A stretch of 64,000 bases of DNA. It comes from Octopus vulgaris (taxonomy: Eukaryota). Below the pieces are notes generated by a model. The model made no database searches. It was not told where the DNA came from and saw only the letters and a list, made by a program, of their open reading frames with translations. The translations under genes were made by a program, and so were the position numbers. Of the stretch, positions 13,992-26,275 are shown piece by piece. The stretch is from assembly GCA_951406725.2 (NCBI GenBank), contig OX597821.1, positions 2,976,001 through 3,040,000 on the forward strand, in the 5' to 3' direction. Each line of letters starts with the position of its first letter. Within the stretch, counting starts at the first letter, position 1.

Positions 13992-13992
<1 letters not shown>
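13436..13992 (+). mobile_element. Retrozyme/Penelope pLTR-like element: ~175-bp direct repeats, 355-bp period, internal hammerhead
   Basis: Repeats at 13465-13640 and 13820-13992. Short inverted repeat at 13436-13462 and 13658-13685. Hammerhead 13779-13823: catgcg-TTGACGA-gagg caatta cctt-GAA-ACTATAGT-C-cgtatg. Confidence 0.75.
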
Positions 13993-14042
<50 letters not shown>

Positions 14043-14048
<6 letters not shown>

Positions 14049-14216
14049 ATCAGAGATCGTTAGCAAACGACACACAATTTTTTCTCTCATTGTTTCTGTG
14101 TCGCTTTCTGTAGAAGACCGTAGGCTCGAAGCGTAAAATACTTTTCCTATTCCTGAGCGTTATACTAATACATCTGTTTGCTGTCTTCGTCTTTTGTTTT
14201 TTTCGTAAACTCTCCC

Positions 14217-14217
<1 letters not shown>
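14043..14217 (+). mobile_element. Short (TA)n-flanked repeat with a degenerate minimal hammerhead (same family as 28640-28852)
   Basis: ttt-CTGTAGA-a-gacc gtag gctc-GAAG-CG-TA-aaa. Downstream ctattcctgagcgttatactaataca...cttcgtcttttg is shared with 28640-28852. Confidence 0.6.
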
Positions 14218-14297
<80 letters not shown>

Positions 14298-14367
14298 GAG
14301 TAGATGTGTGTATGAATATATATCAATGTCTCTCTGTGTATATGCATACATATATACATACATATAT

Positions 14368-14483
14368 ATCTATATATATAAAATTGAGAATGCGTGTCTG
14401 TTTGTCTGCGTGAATCCCTAAAACTCGAGAACTACACAACCAATTTCATTCAAATTTTACACATGCCTTACTTAGGGTCCATG
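14368..14483 (+). mobile_element. 5' fragment of a putative non-autonomous Helitron
   Basis: Starts TCTATATATATAAAATTGAGAATG and matches 20054-20185. A TC start followed by a (tgtc)-type microsatellite is typical of invertebrate Helitrons. Confidence 0.5.
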
Positions 14484-14886
14484 CTTGTGGTCCATTGATC
14501 TGAGCTCCGTAGGGAGGAATGCTCACCGCCAATAGACAGCCCTACGGCGATCAGATTTCTCTTCACTTCACTTCACTTCACTTCACATACACATATGCAA
14601 TAGCGTTTTAGGCAACGAAAACATTAAATAGGATAATATCGAAAACGAAGATGTTTTGCGAACAACGAAAGCAACAGATGTAAACACACGACAGGCAACA
14701 TAAAAACTTGTGTGTGTATGCATGTGTGTTTGTATGTGTGTGTATATATGTATGAGTATGGTTGTGTGTGCATGTGTGTGCGTGTATGTGTGTGTATGTG
14801 TGTGTTTATGTGTGTATGTGTGTATGCGTGTGTGTGTGTGTTTATGTGTATGTGTGTTTATGTATGTGTGTCTATGTATGTATTTC

Positions 14887-15474
14887 TAGCATACGGCCGA
14901 CTACCTAGCGGTCTTGTCCTTTGAATATACACATGTATTAGAATTTTCTCTGATTTTTAAGATTTTTGCATGCTAGGCTACTGGTTTGAAATTGATTTTG
15001 ATTAAATTAATATTAATTTATCTCTCTCATTATTTAAATATTAAAATAAATATGTTCTCTAATAGGCAGCACTAACCGCAGTAAATTATTTACTGCAGTT
15101 CTTCGTTTTCCGGAATTTTTAGCGCGCCAGAAATAAGACATTTGAAATTATCCCTAATGTAATCGGTAAAAATAAACGCGTCTGTTTTGGCACAGAAAGC
15201 TGGGGTTAGTTTTTTCAAATTACATTACCTGTTCGGAACGATCGCACTGACGAAACTGCGGACATTTGGATTATATAAGTAATTCTTTTGTTAATAGTTG
15301 AAACCGCCGGTATGTGATTAATTCTGTTTTTTTATATAATTTTCATCTGTCTTGCCCGACTAATCGTTCTGGTGTCCGCTGAATTTCCCTCTAGAGAACA
15401 TTCTTTGTAGTTTGATCGTTGGTGATCTATTTATAGCATACGGCCGACTACCTAGCGGTCTTGCCCTTTGAATA
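14887..15474 (+). mobile_element. Hammerhead-containing element bounded by 41-bp direct repeats
   Basis: Repeats at 14887-14927 and 15434-15474 (one mismatch). Hammerhead 15241-15318: atcgca-CTGACGA-aact...agtt-GAA-ACCG c CGGT-A-tgtgat. Confidence 0.75.
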
Positions 15475-15488
15475 CTTGCCCTTTGAAT

Positions 15489-15531
<43 letters not shown>

Positions 15532-15889
15532 ATACGAGAATTTTAATAGAGATAAAGCTTCAGTATATAGTACAACTCTTGTTTCGCCCGTATATTAGCT
15601 AAAGATTAATAAATTTGATATCCGAGAAAAATTTCAGATATTTGTCTTAAAGTATTCAGATGTAAGACATGAGGTATTATTCCATTCGAGGATCCACATA
15701 TTTATAATAAGAGTCTGATGATAAGCAAATAGAAATATAAGCCTGAAATATATAAAATATATAAAGGCAAATTCAAAGAGGCAATTGAGAGTGTTATTCC
15801 ATACCTGCAGCTGTGTCAGAAAAGTTTTAACGCGTTGCCGGGGTTCCTTTCTCCAGGTAAATTCTAGGAAGGCGGCATAGCATGGTCCC

Positions 15890-17300
15890 ATTTCTTTATT
15901 ACCCACAAGTGGCCAACATAGATGATACAGAACATTGGGGACATAAAACATCACAAAAACATCAGAATTACGTGTATGAAAAAATGGAAAATGAAAATGA
16001 TAGATGGAAGTGATACTAACGGCCCCATCCGCTAGCATCCCTTACCTGTCCGAAATACAATACACGTTATTCTCTATTTTCTTCTCAAATCTCTTTTCCA
16101 ATTCCGTAATTGTCTCTTTTTCCAATTCCATTCTAAACACTTTATAGTTCATCTCTGTACATTTTTCCATGAATTCCTCTAAACGTTCATCCGCCATTAA
16201 AGCGCACGTATCGCTGTCCCTGTCACACCATTGATAGTCTTTCAACAACTCTTTTGCGTCTTTTCTCCTCGTAATAAATAGAAATTTGGGCTGAGGTTCT
16301 TTTTCGGTATTTTGTCTGTTTGTTTTCTTGTTGGTGGGGCGTGGGTGGGTTCACTGTCTGCAGGGGAAGGGTGGGTCCTAATGGGAGCGGTTGGTGTTGG
16401 GTTTGGTTTGGGGTTCACCACTATTAATTTTTTTCCTTCTTCTCTTTCTTCTTCTTTTGTCTTCTTCCCATTCTTTATGAACCTCTTCTCATTCTTATGT
16501 TCTCGCTCACTCTCTCTAGTATTTCCGCATCTGCTTGTACTTTCAATTCCAAAATTGCTCCTTTCCAGCCTTCATCCTTCACTCTAGCATGGAGGATGTC
16601 CACTTCCTTCTCACATCCACTATTACTGCTGCTGCTATCCATTCTCCGTCGATGTTAAGGGGTATCCCCTCCACCTTAATTCGAGTGGTTCTTCTGCCTA
16701 AATATGAGGGCAGAAGGAACACCTTTTCTGTTTTTACCGTTCTTGCTTCCATCTTCCTAGCAACACTTTCACTATTAAATTGGACCACCTCGGTACCGAA
16801 ATTTATTCCTCTTGCCAAGAACACTATGTTTTCCTCCGTTCTTTTTAAAGCGTCTACTATTGTTTCCATATCGACGACTTCTATCTTCTTTGTTCCGTTG
16901 GCATAAACCCTGTATGTAATTGTCCTTCTTTCATGCCACTCTCTTCGTTTTGGTGGCGGTGCCAAATCCACTTCACCACCGACCCTTTTGATAAATGCCT
17001 GATAACTTGGCAATTTGGCCAAATCTATCTCTCTTTCCTCCTCTTTTGTCGCTCCCGCGTATGTCTTGCCTAATTTCTTATCCATCTTCTTTATCGCGTT
17101 CTCCAGTTCCTCTTCCGAAGTCGAACATTCCGACACACTATCATACATATTTCTTCTGGCCATCTCTCCCTTAGGGAGGGGCAGCCCACTTCTTCCTTGT
17201 CTGTCTCAACACAGACAGACAAAAACAAAAAAAACGTACAACAAAACATTTAACAATAAAATTAACACTCAATAAATAAACAGCAACTCACAGGTCCAAT
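15890..17300 (-). mobile_element. ORF1-only (HAL1-like) non-autonomous L1/Tx1-type retroelement with a 17-bp TSD
   Basis: Flanking gcggcata[g/a]catggtcc at 15872-15888 and 17301-17317. ORF 16579..17163 resembles an RRM-type Tx1 ORF1 and is followed by frameshifted K/E-rich coding sequence. The 3' end is cttgtgggtaataaagaaat. No EN or RT motifs. Confidence 0.65.
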
Positions 17301-17544
17301 GCGGCATAACATGGTCCGATTTAGTAATGAGGATTACTAGGCTTAAATAAGAAATTAAAACGATTGACTGGAGAACGTTTACTTAATCATGCAAATAATA
17401 GCTGATGGGAATGTTCCATTATGTGCTGATATACTACTATAACCAAGGAATACTTATATACAGTGGCGAAAATATATATTACAGATGATAAAAGTTCGAT
17501 TTCTTATAAAATAATATTGTTAAATTAATATAAGCGTTTCAAAT

Positions 17545-18150
17545 TTACCGGCAAAATTAGTTAAGACCGCATCATTTTAATTTTATTTAAAGCTTAATAT
17601 TGTAGCAAAGATGAGCAACTAGAACGAAATACATATTAGTACTTTGTGTTGCAGCCTTCATTCTTAATAACTAGTGAACAACGCCTCGACATTGAATTCG
17701 CTAAGTGATTACAAAATTCTATGGGAATGTTTTGCCATATTTCATTGATATAATCGAATAATTGTTTTAGATTAGATGATTATTTTAGCATAATTCCACA
17801 GGTTCTCGATCGGATTTAGGTTCGGGCTCTGGGGAGGCCATTCGATTACGTCAATGTTATGGTGATCAAATAATTCCATAACCTTTTTGGATTTGTGCAC
17901 AGGACTATTGCCCTGCTCATAAATAGCCAACTGCGCCATCGTTTTTCTTGGGGTGCCAGTCCTTTGCCGATCTTTATATTGACCAGTCTCCGAAAATAAC
18001 TTCCACGCTTGCACGCAAGCCGTTTTACTGCACTTTAGTAGTTTACTGATGTTCGAAAAGGAAACATTTTGACCCTGGAATAACACGATTTTTGCTCTCT
18101 TGACTGGACTAAGGCTACGTTTCTAGCCCTATTTTCCTTCTTAGGTGGAA
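17545..18150 (-). mobile_element. Tc1/mariner DNA transposon remnant, internally deleted
   Basis: RTGTPRKT (GRPR-like) joined directly to QGNSPVHKSK...WPPQSPNLNPIENLW. A further frame gives EIWQNIP...LANSMSRRCSLVIKNEGCNTKY*, the typical Tc1 C-terminus. Confidence 0.85.
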
Positions 18151-20050
18151 GGTGAAGAAATTCACCAACCCAGGGCCAGAGATAAATATGCCTGTTATTA
18201 AACCTTTTATTCGCGTCTTCCAAGTCACCTTTCTTGCAATTGCTACTACGATGAGAAAGCAATTCTTACCTTCTTTCGACAGGAAATCCGGTGAGGCAAT
18301 TTTTACTATTGACTCAGTCGATAACTGTACTCTTCCTGTACTAGACAGTAGTTGTTCGGCATAAACCCACACGTCTGAAACAACCGAACATTGAACAATA
18401 GCATGCAGGATGGTTTCCCTGACTCACCAACAACTTGGACAGGTCGGTGGGTTAGGGCCACCATGATTGCGAGTTTGTCCCGGACAGGTAAGGCCCCTCG
18501 GTAACATTGCCATGCCAAACACGTCTGGAAGTTATCCAGTGTCTTCGGCCCGAATGTACGTTGGAACAGATTGGCCAGCTGATTATTTTCGAGATCAAGG
18601 GCTTCCCCAAGCTATTGTCACATTTCGCCTCTACCAACCCTCTATTGAAGAATGTGGTAGAACCACTACTGCAGGTGTTGCCCGAGAGAGGGAATATCCG
18701 GAGAGTCTTACGACACTCCGTATACCATGTACCTAACTTCGATCTACGATAGAACCAGATCTCCAATCCACCGAAGCAAGTGAACTTGGGAAACAACTGT
18801 TTCTCCACGCGGTCATCATCCAGAAGGAGTCACAAATGCCACGACCTCAGCGTGTGCCTGCGCATCATCAGCCAAGGCATCCCTAGCCCACCCTTTAACG
18901 GGTGTTGGCAGCAAATAGAGCGTCTCACAAGCGTCTTCGAATCCTTCCACAAGAAGCGGAAGAGCTGTCTTTCCAGCTTGTTCAACTCCGAATCAGGGCA
19001 GGGAACGACGGTTAGGCGGTAGGTGATGACCGATGCGATGAACACATTGGCCACCTCCGCCCTCCCTGGTTCAATTTTCGCAGCAATGGCTCAAGAGCCA
19101 TTACATACAAAAGCTGGGAGAGAGGATACCCTGACGAACTGTGCCAGAACGGACACCAGGTAATGATGGTCTACCCTATCAAAAGCCTTTGATTGGTCTA
19201 AATCAACCACTGTCCCTCCCTTGCAAGAATCATTATGAAACCCTTCTACAGTGCACTGTAGAAGTTTGAGATTATCCTGAATGGTTCTAACGGGAAACGG
19301 CACATGGCTGTGTCTTCCCGAGCAAGCCATCCGCTACACGCGCCAATCTTTTCTAGAGCACTTTGGCCAAAATCTTCAACTCTGTGTTTAGTAGAGTGAT
19401 GGGCCGAAAATTATCAATGCAGTCTCCCGTTGTTCGGGTCCTTTTTGATAACCCTCACCATTCCCCGCCGCACAGATCTGGGAATGAACTCATTCTGCTG
19501 CCAGTTCGCGTAGACATTCGCTAGCAGGTGCCCGAACAAGTCTGGCATACTCTTATACAGTTCATAGGGTAGATCATCCAGTCCCGGTGCTTTACCCGCG
19601 TCGCGGTGCGCCATAGCCTCAATTACCTCCTCGGGCGTGATCAGCCCTTCACAACACTCCGCATCAAGCTCCGAGACGCGCGGCAGACGGCGAGGAAATC
19701 CGTTAGGTCCCTCTTACTGTCCGGTCCGCTTCCCCCACCCCGAAAATGTGGGCGCAGTGCTCCTGAAAGACCTCACGCATCTCTTCGGGCTCGTTTATCA
19801 ACTTACCTGTTTGGTTCATCAAAGATCGAATTGTGCCATCGTTGCCACGTTGGGCTTCCATCACTCGGGCCCATCTTGCTGGCTTGATTCCTTCACAACC
19901 CAGTGTACGAATCCTGGCTCCAACAATGCAACCCATATATTGGGCTTCGAGATGTTGGTTTAACACCAGTCTCTTGGCCGTCACCTGAGCTGCAGAGCCA
20001 GATCCCATTTCTTCCTCCAAGTCCTTAGCAAATGCTAATCCCTTCCTAAT
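18150..20050 (-). mobile_element. Degraded L1/Tx1-clade ORF2 (RT and C-terminal zinc-binding region)
   Basis: KAPGLDDLPYELYK, LDQSKAFDRVDH, LFRFLWK...HPLKGGLGMP, AWQCYRGALPVRDKL. Multiple frameshifts and deletions. Confidence 0.88.
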
Positions 20051-20053
20051 ATA

Positions 20054-20300
20054 TCTATATATATAAAACTGAGAATGTGTGTGTGTTTGAGTATTTGTCT
20101 GTCTGTCTGCATGAATCCCTAAAACTTGAGAACTACTCAACCAATTTCATTCAAATATAACACATGTCTTACTTAGAGTCAATGTAGCGTCAAGGTAAAA
20201 AAATGTTTAACTTCTTGCCTAGGGCGGGCCCACAGCAATATCATATCTTCTTCACTATTTGAGTATTACGTGTTAAAAGTGAATTAAAAACATCTCCCTA
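20054..20300 (+). mobile_element. Putative Helitron 5' part; its 3' part may lie at ~22750-23072 beyond nested SINE and RTE insertions
   Basis: TCTATATATATATAAAACTGAGAATG start, homologous to 14368-14483. The 3' hairpin and CTAG are only weakly suggested. Confidence 0.45.
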
Positions 20301-20313
20301 TTGTATGTATATG

Positions 20314-20393
<80 letters not shown>

Positions 20394-20593
20394 TATGTAT
20401 ATGTGTACATGTATATGTATAGCTGTATACGTATAGATGTATTTCTATAGATATACATATATATGTATACATGTATAGATGTATATATATATATATATAT
20501 ATATAGATGTTCATGTAATATATGCACATATATAGATGCATACATATATACACCCATACACACACCTCCACCCAACCCCCCACACACATACAT

Positions 20594-20750
20594 AGGCGCA
20601 GGTTTGACTGTGTGGTAACACACTTGGTTCCAAAACACATGGTCATCAGTTCAGTCCCTCTCTGTGGTAACTTCACATGTGTCTTCTGCTAAAGCCTCAG
20701 ACCAACCAAAGCCTCGTCAGTGGATTTTGTAGACAGAAACTGAAAGAAAA
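20594..20750 (+). mobile_element. SINE family A, 5' half
   Basis: tgactgtgtggtaa...gtgtcttctgctaaagcctcagaccaaccaaagcc...agacagaaactgaaagaa. Confidence 0.8.
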
Positions 20751-20779
20751 ATCAATTGTATGTTTATATGTAAATGCAT

Positions 20780-22745
20780 GTGTTTTGGTATTGGCAACAT
20801 GAATGACAATGGTCAGAGACTACTTGAAGTTTGCACATACCATAACCTGTGCATCACAAACACATTCTTTGCCGAAAAGACATCCCACAAGGCATCTTGG
20901 AGACATCCAAGATCTCACCACTGGCATCAGCTGGATCTCATCAATACACGAAGATCCTTTCTGAATTATGTTCAACTGACCCGTAGTTACCACAGTGCGG
21001 ATTGTAACATACAACATTCACTAATAAGAAGCAGAGTGAGGATTCTGCCTAAGAAAGTCCATCACTTCAAGAAAATGGGCCGACAACGCATTAACACTGC
21101 CAGAACCTCGGACCCTACACTGCGAAAATGTTTTACTATTTCTATCAACGTTTCCCTCAGTAGCTGTCCAAACTCATCTGCTGAAATAGGTGGAATTATA
21201 TCAGGGAAGCTTTGTATACCACATCAATAAATACTTTCGGCATGAGAGAAAGGCAAAACCCAGATTGGTTCAGTACTGGGCTCTCAGAGCTGGAAACAGT
21301 TATCGAAGCGAAGCGTGCAGCTCTGATGCAATACAAGAGTGATTCTTCTACAAAGTCACTCGAAGAACTCAGGCAAGAAATAAAACCCAACTGACAGCCA
21401 GACGCTGTGCAAATAGGTATTGGCAGGAAATCTGTCAGAGTATCAAGTCAGCTGCTGAGAGCGGCGACACCCATAGGATGTGTATCAGTTTGAAGAAGGC
21501 CCTCGGTTCATCCGCAACCAAGTCAGCCCCTCTGAAATCCACTACTTGAGATCTCATCAAGGACCAAAGCAAGCAAATGGATAGATGGGTGGAGTACTAC
21601 CAGGATCTCTACTCACGGGAGACCAAGCTAGCTGAGACTGCAATCGAGGGTGTCAAGATCTTGCCAGCCATGTGTGAACTTGACAGTCTGCCATCTATAG
21701 CAGAGCTCACCACGGCTATTGACTCCCAAGCAAGTAACAAAGCTCCGGGAAAAGACGTCTTCCCCTAAGAGGTCATCAAAACTGGCTAAAACACTATCCT
21801 GCTTCGGCACATGCATGAGCTTCAGGGTCAGTGCTGGGGAGAGGGTAGAATCCCTCAGGATATGCGGGATGCTGACATCATTACGCTTTACAAAAACAGA
21901 TGCGAACGTGATGATTGTAACAATTACCGTAGAATATTTCTTCTAAGCACTGTTGGAAGGCCTTTGCTCGCCTTATCCTGTCCAGGCTACAATTGCTTGC
22001 TTCTCGAATTAATCCGGAATCGCAGTGTGGCTTTAGAAGAAGCAGATCAACTATTGACATGATTTTCTCCATACGCAAACTTCAGGAGAAGTCCAGAGAG
22101 CAGAACATGCCATTATATATGGCCTTCATTGATCTGACAAAGCCTTTGATTTGGTAAGTAGAAAAGGTCTCTTCATCCTGCTCCAAAACATCTGATGTCC
22201 ACCAAAGCTGCTGAGGATCATCAAATCTTTCCATGATGATATGCAAAGCACCATACAGCACAATGGTTCAAAATCAGCCGCCTTCCAAATAACGGCGCAA
22301 AGCAAGGTTGTGCCATGCTCCTACATTATTTGGCTTCTCGCTGCTGCTGTCACATGCCTTTGAGACCTCAGATGATGGAGTGTTTCTGCACAGTAGAAGT
22401 GACGGAAAACTGTTCAATCTCTCGCATCTGCGTTCAAGACCAAATTCAGAAGCCTCCTGATCAAGGACGTGCTATTTGCTACTGATGACGCTCTGGTATC
22501 ACACACAGAAGCCCTACAGAGGCTCATCGACTGTTTTGAGCAAGCATGTAGCGACTTTGGCTAAGTTATCAGCCTCAAGATGACCATCATCATGGGTCAG
22601 GCTATATCGGACATCCCAAACATACATATTGGTGACCAAAGACTACAGGAGGTGGAGAAGTTTACCTAATTTAGCTCTACCGTCACCTACAACCTATCCC
22701 TTGATGCTGAGCTCAATATACGCATTGGCAAGGCAGCTGCTGGGA
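20780..22745 (+). mobile_element. Degraded RTE (BovB-like) LINE, EN-RT region
   Basis: FGIGNMNDNGQRLL...ITNTFF...SWRHPRSHHWHQLD, KAPGKD, IPQDMRDADIITLYKN...CNNYR, then a frameshifted YMAFIDLTKAFDLVS segment. Confidence 0.92.
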
Positions 22746-23619
22746 AATACATCAACTAGCATAACACCTACAAGTCTGTTAAAAACATTACATGATTTCA
22801 AAATGTTTCTTGCAGTTGATAAAATGTAGAGAATAGCATAAAATTTCTGGTTTAAAATTTCTCCTTGCTTTCATATCGAATTTTAAAACTCGCTCGTAAG
22901 AAATTCACCTCCCTAGGGAAATAGAGGGAAAAATACCCCTTAGATAGATGATGTCGTGATGCTTGTCAAATCTATCGCGTTAACTTCCATGTAAAGCTAA
23001 ACGGTCTTGAGCATCACGCGATGAACCAAAATGGGTATCTAAAAGTAAATAGACCCAATGTGGATAGCTAATGGTAAAGAGTGAGCATCTTTCTGCTACA
23101 CATATATTTATTGTACTTCATATTCATATTCGTACTGATATCTCTATATATACTTATATACAAATAAGTCATTGGTGTGTCCGTAAGAAGATAACATTCG
23201 AACTATGCAGTCTTGGGTTCAATCACAATACGCAGCCTCCTGAATATATGGCTCTTAATTCTGTTCCGAGCCGATTGTATGTATGTATCAGTTAATGTGG
23301 TGTATGTGTATCCTACACTGGGTGATAACCGGTATTGATATGTTTCCATCCGCGGAATACAGCGACTCGGCAAAAGTAACGGAAAAATTATGTTCCAGAT
23401 TTGATGAACAAAAATAATAATTACTGGATTACTCTGCTGAGGTTTGCTTATTTTCTTTTGCTCTTTTACTGTTCATGAATTTTTCAAATTGTGACGATAA
23501 TTTAAGGACACAATGATGTTCCCGTGCGCATGGACTTGCACCGATACAAGCGCACATCCACAGACACTTATCATTACTACCACATGGAATCTTCATGATC
23601 ATATTGAGAGTTAAAACAG

Positions 23620-23875
23620 ACAAAATGCTTAGCGGCTCTCTGTCCTTCTTTACATTGTGAGTTCAAAATTCTGCTGAGGTCAAAACCATTTTCCATCCTT
23701 CAACGTCGGTAAACACACATATGTTTGTGTGTATGTGTTTGTCCCCCAACAACGCTTGACAACCGAGGCTTACAAAGAATAAGTCCTGGGGTCGAGGTGC
23801 TCGACTAAAGGTGCTGCTCCAGCATGGCCACAGCCAAATGACTGAAACACATAAAAGAGTAAAAGATTAAAAGTG
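23620..23875 (+). mobile_element. Composite SINE remnant (family B 5'/core joined to family A tail)
   Basis: aaatgcttagcgg...gagttcaaa...ttccatcctt, followed by cttgacaaccg...gctccagcatggccacagccaaatgactgaaac. Confidence 0.65.
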
Positions 23876-23937
23876 TATATATATCGAAAATGTTTAAAAA
23901 ATTGAACAATCAAACTTTATATGCATATGCAGCAATT

Positions 23938-24034
23938 ATATACACTGAAGATATCATACTAATGATCGATAAATCGCTGCATACGAATATGCAACAATAT
24001 GTGATTGGTAAGATCGAAACACGTGTCGGACTAT
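23938..24034 (+). ncRNA. Type I hammerhead motif with long stem II and decayed stem I
   Basis: CTGAAGA (23945)-tatcatactaat...attggtaagatc-GAA-ACACGTGT-C-ggactat. Confidence 0.7.
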
Positions 24035-24298
24035 TATACTAACTGGAAATAAAATTTAAGTTTGAATGTTCGAAATCTTCATTCTCCTTATTTTCAATAT
24101 CGCACTTTACACTCTTATTAGCCAATAAATAAACTGGAACATCGGATGAGAGCTACAGGTAGATTACCAAAAAACGCACCCTCTCAAGACGCCAGACGTG
24201 GCAGTAACTCAGAGAAATTCGGTATCTGCTGGGATCTCGTATCTCTCCGTTTTCTACACAAACACACACATATGTATGTATGCATGTATGTATATATG

Positions 24299-24391
<93 letters not shown>

Positions 24392-24480
24392 GTATTTGTG
24401 TGTGGTGTGTGTATGTGTGTGTATATATGTAAATATTTATATATATATACATGTATATGTATATATATATATTTATATAC

Positions 24481-24858
24481 AGGAGTGGCTGTGTGTTAAG
24501 TAGCTTGCTTACCAACCACATGGTTTCGGGTTCAGTCCCACTGCGTAGCACCTTGGGTAAGTGTCTTGTACTATAACCTCAGGCCGACCAAAACCTTGTG
24601 AGTGCATTTGGTGGACGGAAACTGAAAACTTCCATCATATATATGTATTTGTATATATATGTGTGTGTGTTTGTCCGCAACATCATTTGACAACCGATGC
24701 TGGTGTATTTACGTCTCCGTAACTTAGCGGTTCGGCGAAAGAGCCCGATAGAATAAGTACTAGGCTTGCAAAGAATAAGTCCTGGGGTAGATTCGCTCGA
24801 CTAAAGGCGGTGTTCCAGCATGGCCGCTGTCAAATTACTGAAAGAATTAAAGGGTATA
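24481..24858 (+). mobile_element. SINE family A, full length
   Basis: Colinear with 10171-10619 and adjacent to (TA)n. Confidence 0.9.
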
Positions 24859-25611
24859 AACGTATATATATACATATCTACATATATGTATGTATGAACC
24901 TATTTCAACAAATACTTGGAGACATCTGGTTATGTTTGGCCAATATTTATAATTCCTAAAGTAAGTTGAAGTGTTTCTATGTACTCTGGAATGATTGTGG
25001 AATATATAAAATGAGGAAAATTTAGCAGATATTTGTAGATGTTAACTGAAAACACTGAGGCAAACATTTTCGTTTTTTTTTAGATATGAAACCTGAAATT
25101 TACTAAAACTGATCGTGATGTCCTCGATGCTGCTATCAATTAGTTCTAATGCATATAAACGATTTGCATTTCCATCCATACAAAAATATGTAATTTACTT
25201 TTAATGTAAAAAAAAAAGTTAAGCATGCAAACATATCAATTTGAAATGCAAAGTTTGCATAAGTAAATAGAAAGGGAGAGTTACGCTGATGCATACGCAT
25301 TGAATTAAATATATTTACTGTGACAGATTTTGAAATTGAATTTTAAACAACGTATTAACCAATAGCAAACATCCGACGTATCATTAGGGTAAATTAGAAA
25401 AAAGTCTACTTCACTATTTTTCTAGCTACACCGTATTTTTTTTTTATATATTGTATGAATATTTGTAATTTAACTATCTATTACTGTATCACTTCTGCAT
25501 CCATTTCTCCATGCCTGGGCATACATTCATACATGCATACATACATACATACATACAGGAAAAAAAACACACACACATATGTATATATGTACGTATGTAT
25601 GTATATATATA

Positions 25612-25692
<81 letters not shown>

Positions 25693-26275
25693 GTATATAT
25701 AAATATACACACACACACATATATATACATATATATATATACACACATATAACTGTGCCTGTATGCATGTCTATGCCAATAAGAGAGTGGGTTTCTTGTC
25801 TGAGTCAAGTCAGCACTACTTCAATAAGATGAATGCGTCCGCATACGCTTATAAACATGTATATATATATATATGTGTTTGTCTGTGTGTGTGTTTATGT
25901 GCGTTTTTGTGCTTGTGTGTGTTGGCATATATGCATTACATGACATTACAGAAACCTAAATAAGAGGAAACACGAGTTTCTACTTTATTCATTTAGCATA
26001 TGTTACATCAAATATAAATTTATTACAAGTCCCCATTATCTGAAAACCTGTTTAAAAACCTATTACTACCACTCAAATAACAGAAGTAATAACAACAATC
26101 ACACAAATAAGCTATTTTTTCAAAAAAAAATGCAAATAAAAAAATAAAAGAAAAAGAAACACTTTCATATTTATCATTAGGCTTTAAAAATTTGTTAAGA
26201 AATATTTGAGATTGAACATCACAATGTGCCTAATGCAACACGAAGTATATTTTGCTTTCAGTAATAATAGCAAAT

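Noticed and set aside
15560-15660. Additional minus-strand hammerhead (GAAAcaagagttgTA)
   Set aside because: Only the 3' half is convincing; I found no matching CUGANGA with stems I and II.
15890-20050. One contiguous L1/Tx1 element comprising ORF1 and ORF2
   Set aside because: The ORF1-like region lies downstream of ORF2 on the minus strand, has its own TSD and is separated from it by a Tc1 remnant.
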